Below are positions 61,854 through 64,000 of a stretch of 64,000 bases of DNA, one piece after another. The notes beneath the pieces were generated by a model that ran no database searches, was not told the DNA's origin, and saw only the letters and a program-made list of their open reading frames with translations. Numbering within the stretch: position 1 is the stretch's first letter; each line of letters starts with the position of its first letter. The position numbers and the translations under genes are program-made. Origin of the DNA: Heteronotia binoei (taxonomy: Eukaryota); contig NC_083231.1 of the NCBI RefSeq assembly GCF_032191835.1, forward strand, positions 38,440,001-38,504,000, read 5' to 3'.

Positions 61854-62575
61854 AGTAAGCATATCTGAACAAAGAATATTGGCCATCTTGGACAGTGCTC
61901 TGCACCAACAGAGAAGTTTCCTCCATAGTATTGGTGGATTCAAGTGTTGATTAGAAGAAATTGGCAGTTTTTCTCTGATACGTGAGCTTGTCATAACAGA
62001 AGATACTGCTAACATGACCCAGAGCTGTTTGGACCAAACTGATAAAAAAGGAAGAAGCTTTGATTACTAGAACTCTGAATGAGACTCTGCAGAACATCAT
62101 TCTTTTTGCCATGGGAAAGGGGTTGTGAGAATGAAAACTCCTGAACATTTTGTGCTGTGCAGTATGGCTAAATGTTTAATAATGGGAGTATACTGTATTC
62201 TAAGTAGGTTTGAAATACGTCAGCTGAGCATCACTTATGCTACTATAAGGAAAGCCTCCTGATGGAATCTTCCTGTTGTTAGAACAATGAACTGGAGAAA
62301 CTTTCTAACAAATAACTTTTGGAGAGCTGGGATAGAGTATCATATCTCTAGGAACTGCTTTGAGAACCAAGGGGCCCCATACATCTTCACCTGCCTTTGG
62401 TCTTCTTTCCAGTGTTCACCAACATAAATTGTGACTGTTCTTATCTGATACCAAACAATTTCTTCTCCTTGTCAGCAGACTTTATGCAGGAAAGATTTCC
62501 AGTTTGCAGGTTCACAGAACCTCTCTCCAGACTTCCTTCCGTATATTCCTGCCTCATGTCCTGGATCTGCTAGAT

Positions 62576-63079
62576 CAGTGTCCCCAACTCCCGAGCTGCG
62601 AACTGGTACCAGTCCGTGGCCTGTTCCCAAGTGGGCCACACAGCCACCCGCCCACCCCTCGCGCAGCCTCGTTGTCCCCTCGTGCAGCCTTGCCGTCCCC
62701 TGTTTATACCACTTTAAGGCCCCTGCTGATCAGCTGATCCAATCAGCAAGGGAAACCACAGCAGCAGCTGCAAGTGACTGCTAAAACAGCCGTACTGCTG
62801 TGGTTTCCCCAGCCAATTGAATCAGCTGTTCGGTGGGGGGGGGAGGTTGGTCTGGAAGGCGCTTCACCTTCTACCACCTTAAAGTGGTAAAAACGGGGTG
62901 GTGAGGCTTCATGGGGGTGGGCGGCAAGGCTGCGGGGCAGAGGAGGGAGGAGGAAATGGGGGGAGGAGGAGGCGGCGCCGTGGGGGGGCAACTGTTGGCT
63001 CTGGGGGCCTTGGTGGGGCCATGGTGGGCCGGCCAGCCCTTGGGCTTGTCCCTGGAACAAAAAAGGTTGGGGGCCTCTG
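62576..63079 (+). mobile_element. hAT non-autonomous element (CAGTG.CCCCAAC ... GGTTGGGGGCCTCTG)
   Basis: Perfect 8-bp TSD TGCTAGAT (62568-62575, 63080-63087). Confidence 0.88.
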
Positions 63080-63694
63080 TGCTAGATCTTTCCCTTTGCA
63101 CTTAGGGTTGCCAGATCCCCTGATGGAAGTGGGAGTCCCCCACTTTCAGCCCCTGCCCCCTGCTACAAATCAGCTACAAATCCCTGCCCCCAACTACAAT
63201 TAAAAGAAGAAAGAGGAAGGCCAAGACCATGTCACCAACATTGCTCAGGAAGTAACATAATTAACATCAACGATGTTCGGGCAATGCTCTGGTATTTGGG
63301 CAAAAATCCTATGGCAAAAATGGCTTCTATCATAGAGTTTTTTCCCAACTAGTAGAACATCACCTGGATATCACTGGTGTGATGACATCACTTACTGTGT
63401 GATGCTGGCAACGTGGTCTGGGTCTTTCTCTTTCTCCTGGTAAGTCCTCCACATCCTCTACCGGTTTCTCTATCCACATGTGTTGCACCATGAATTGGTA
63501 TCTCTAAAGCTGCTTGAGCACAATAAATTGGACCTATGAAAATGCACATCCCCGCACATGATCCTTTGATATTGCTGGGAAAATCTGTTCCTTTGCCTCA
63601 GCATAATATACACAAAAGAATAGCTATTCGGTACTAATCTTCCATTATGAAGATAGTGTCAAGTGGGCAGCCATTTTAGTAGAACAAATTGGAA

Positions 63695-63856
63695 TGCAGT
63701 AACATCTTACAGACCAACAAAACTTTCTATGGTATAAGCTTTTATAAGCCAATCCTTACACCATCAGATGTATACATCTCTCATGAAGTGAGCTGTGGCT
63801 CATGAAAGTTTATACCCTTGAAAACTTGTGCTGGTCTTTTAGGTGCTACTGGAGTT
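63695..63856. mobile_element. Penelope-like element terminal remnant (inverted pair)
   Basis: GATGAAGTGAGCTGTGGCTCA.GAAAG.TTATAC...GGTCTTT.AGGTGCTACTGGA-like terminus preceded by a degenerate reverse complement (CAGTAACATCTTACAGACCAAC...ATAAGCTTT). Confidence 0.6.
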
Positions 63857-64000
63857 GAATTTTGTAGTCTACATTTGTAGTCTTCAACAATGATGTTAAA
63901 CATATGACATGTACATCACAATGGTATTGCTGGTGACTGATAGGGGTAAGCGTATAACGATTTTCAGGAACTAGGAAAGTTCTTTATGCCCAAATGGGAT

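Noticed and set aside
61860-62160. Protein-like fragments (EQRILAILDSAL..., LNETLQNIILFAMGKG)
   Set aside because: Interrupted by stops and not assignable to any family I recognise.

Overview
Vertebrate genomic DNA, almost certainly squamate and probably a gecko (Sauria-type SINEs, Squam3-like SINE, 5S-derived SINE, young L2, many hAT/Tc-mariner MITEs). The window is mostly AT-rich intron-like sequence filled with transposons. It contains: (1) the intact 3' half of a young Ty3/Gypsy element (RNase H-integrase ORF, PPT, 3' LTR) at 1-2224; (2) a near full-length, recently inactivated L2-clade LINE (49.6-54.1 kb) that appears to be inserted into the end of a decayed Ngaro/DIRS tyrosine-recombinase retroelement carrying an SGNH-hydrolase ORF; (3) an intronless, decayed AIMP2 retrocopy on the minus strand (about 58.8-60.0 kb), nested inside a TIR element and itself interrupted by a SINE and a MITE, whose 5' end joins codon 5 directly to exon 2; (4) a ~250-bp tandem array ending in a Helitron-like hairpin+CTAG; (5) a chain of phase-compatible candidate exons of an unidentified minus-strand gene (tentative, found by eye); (6) a 236-N assembly gap. 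Most ORFs in the supplied track are spurious repeat-derived ORFs. No prokaryotic-type system or CRISPR array is present. I cannot support a wholly new biological system; the best leads are the AIMP2 splice record, the Helitron-like array, the Ngaro-SGNH remnant, a templated insertion in the L2 and the unidentified gene.
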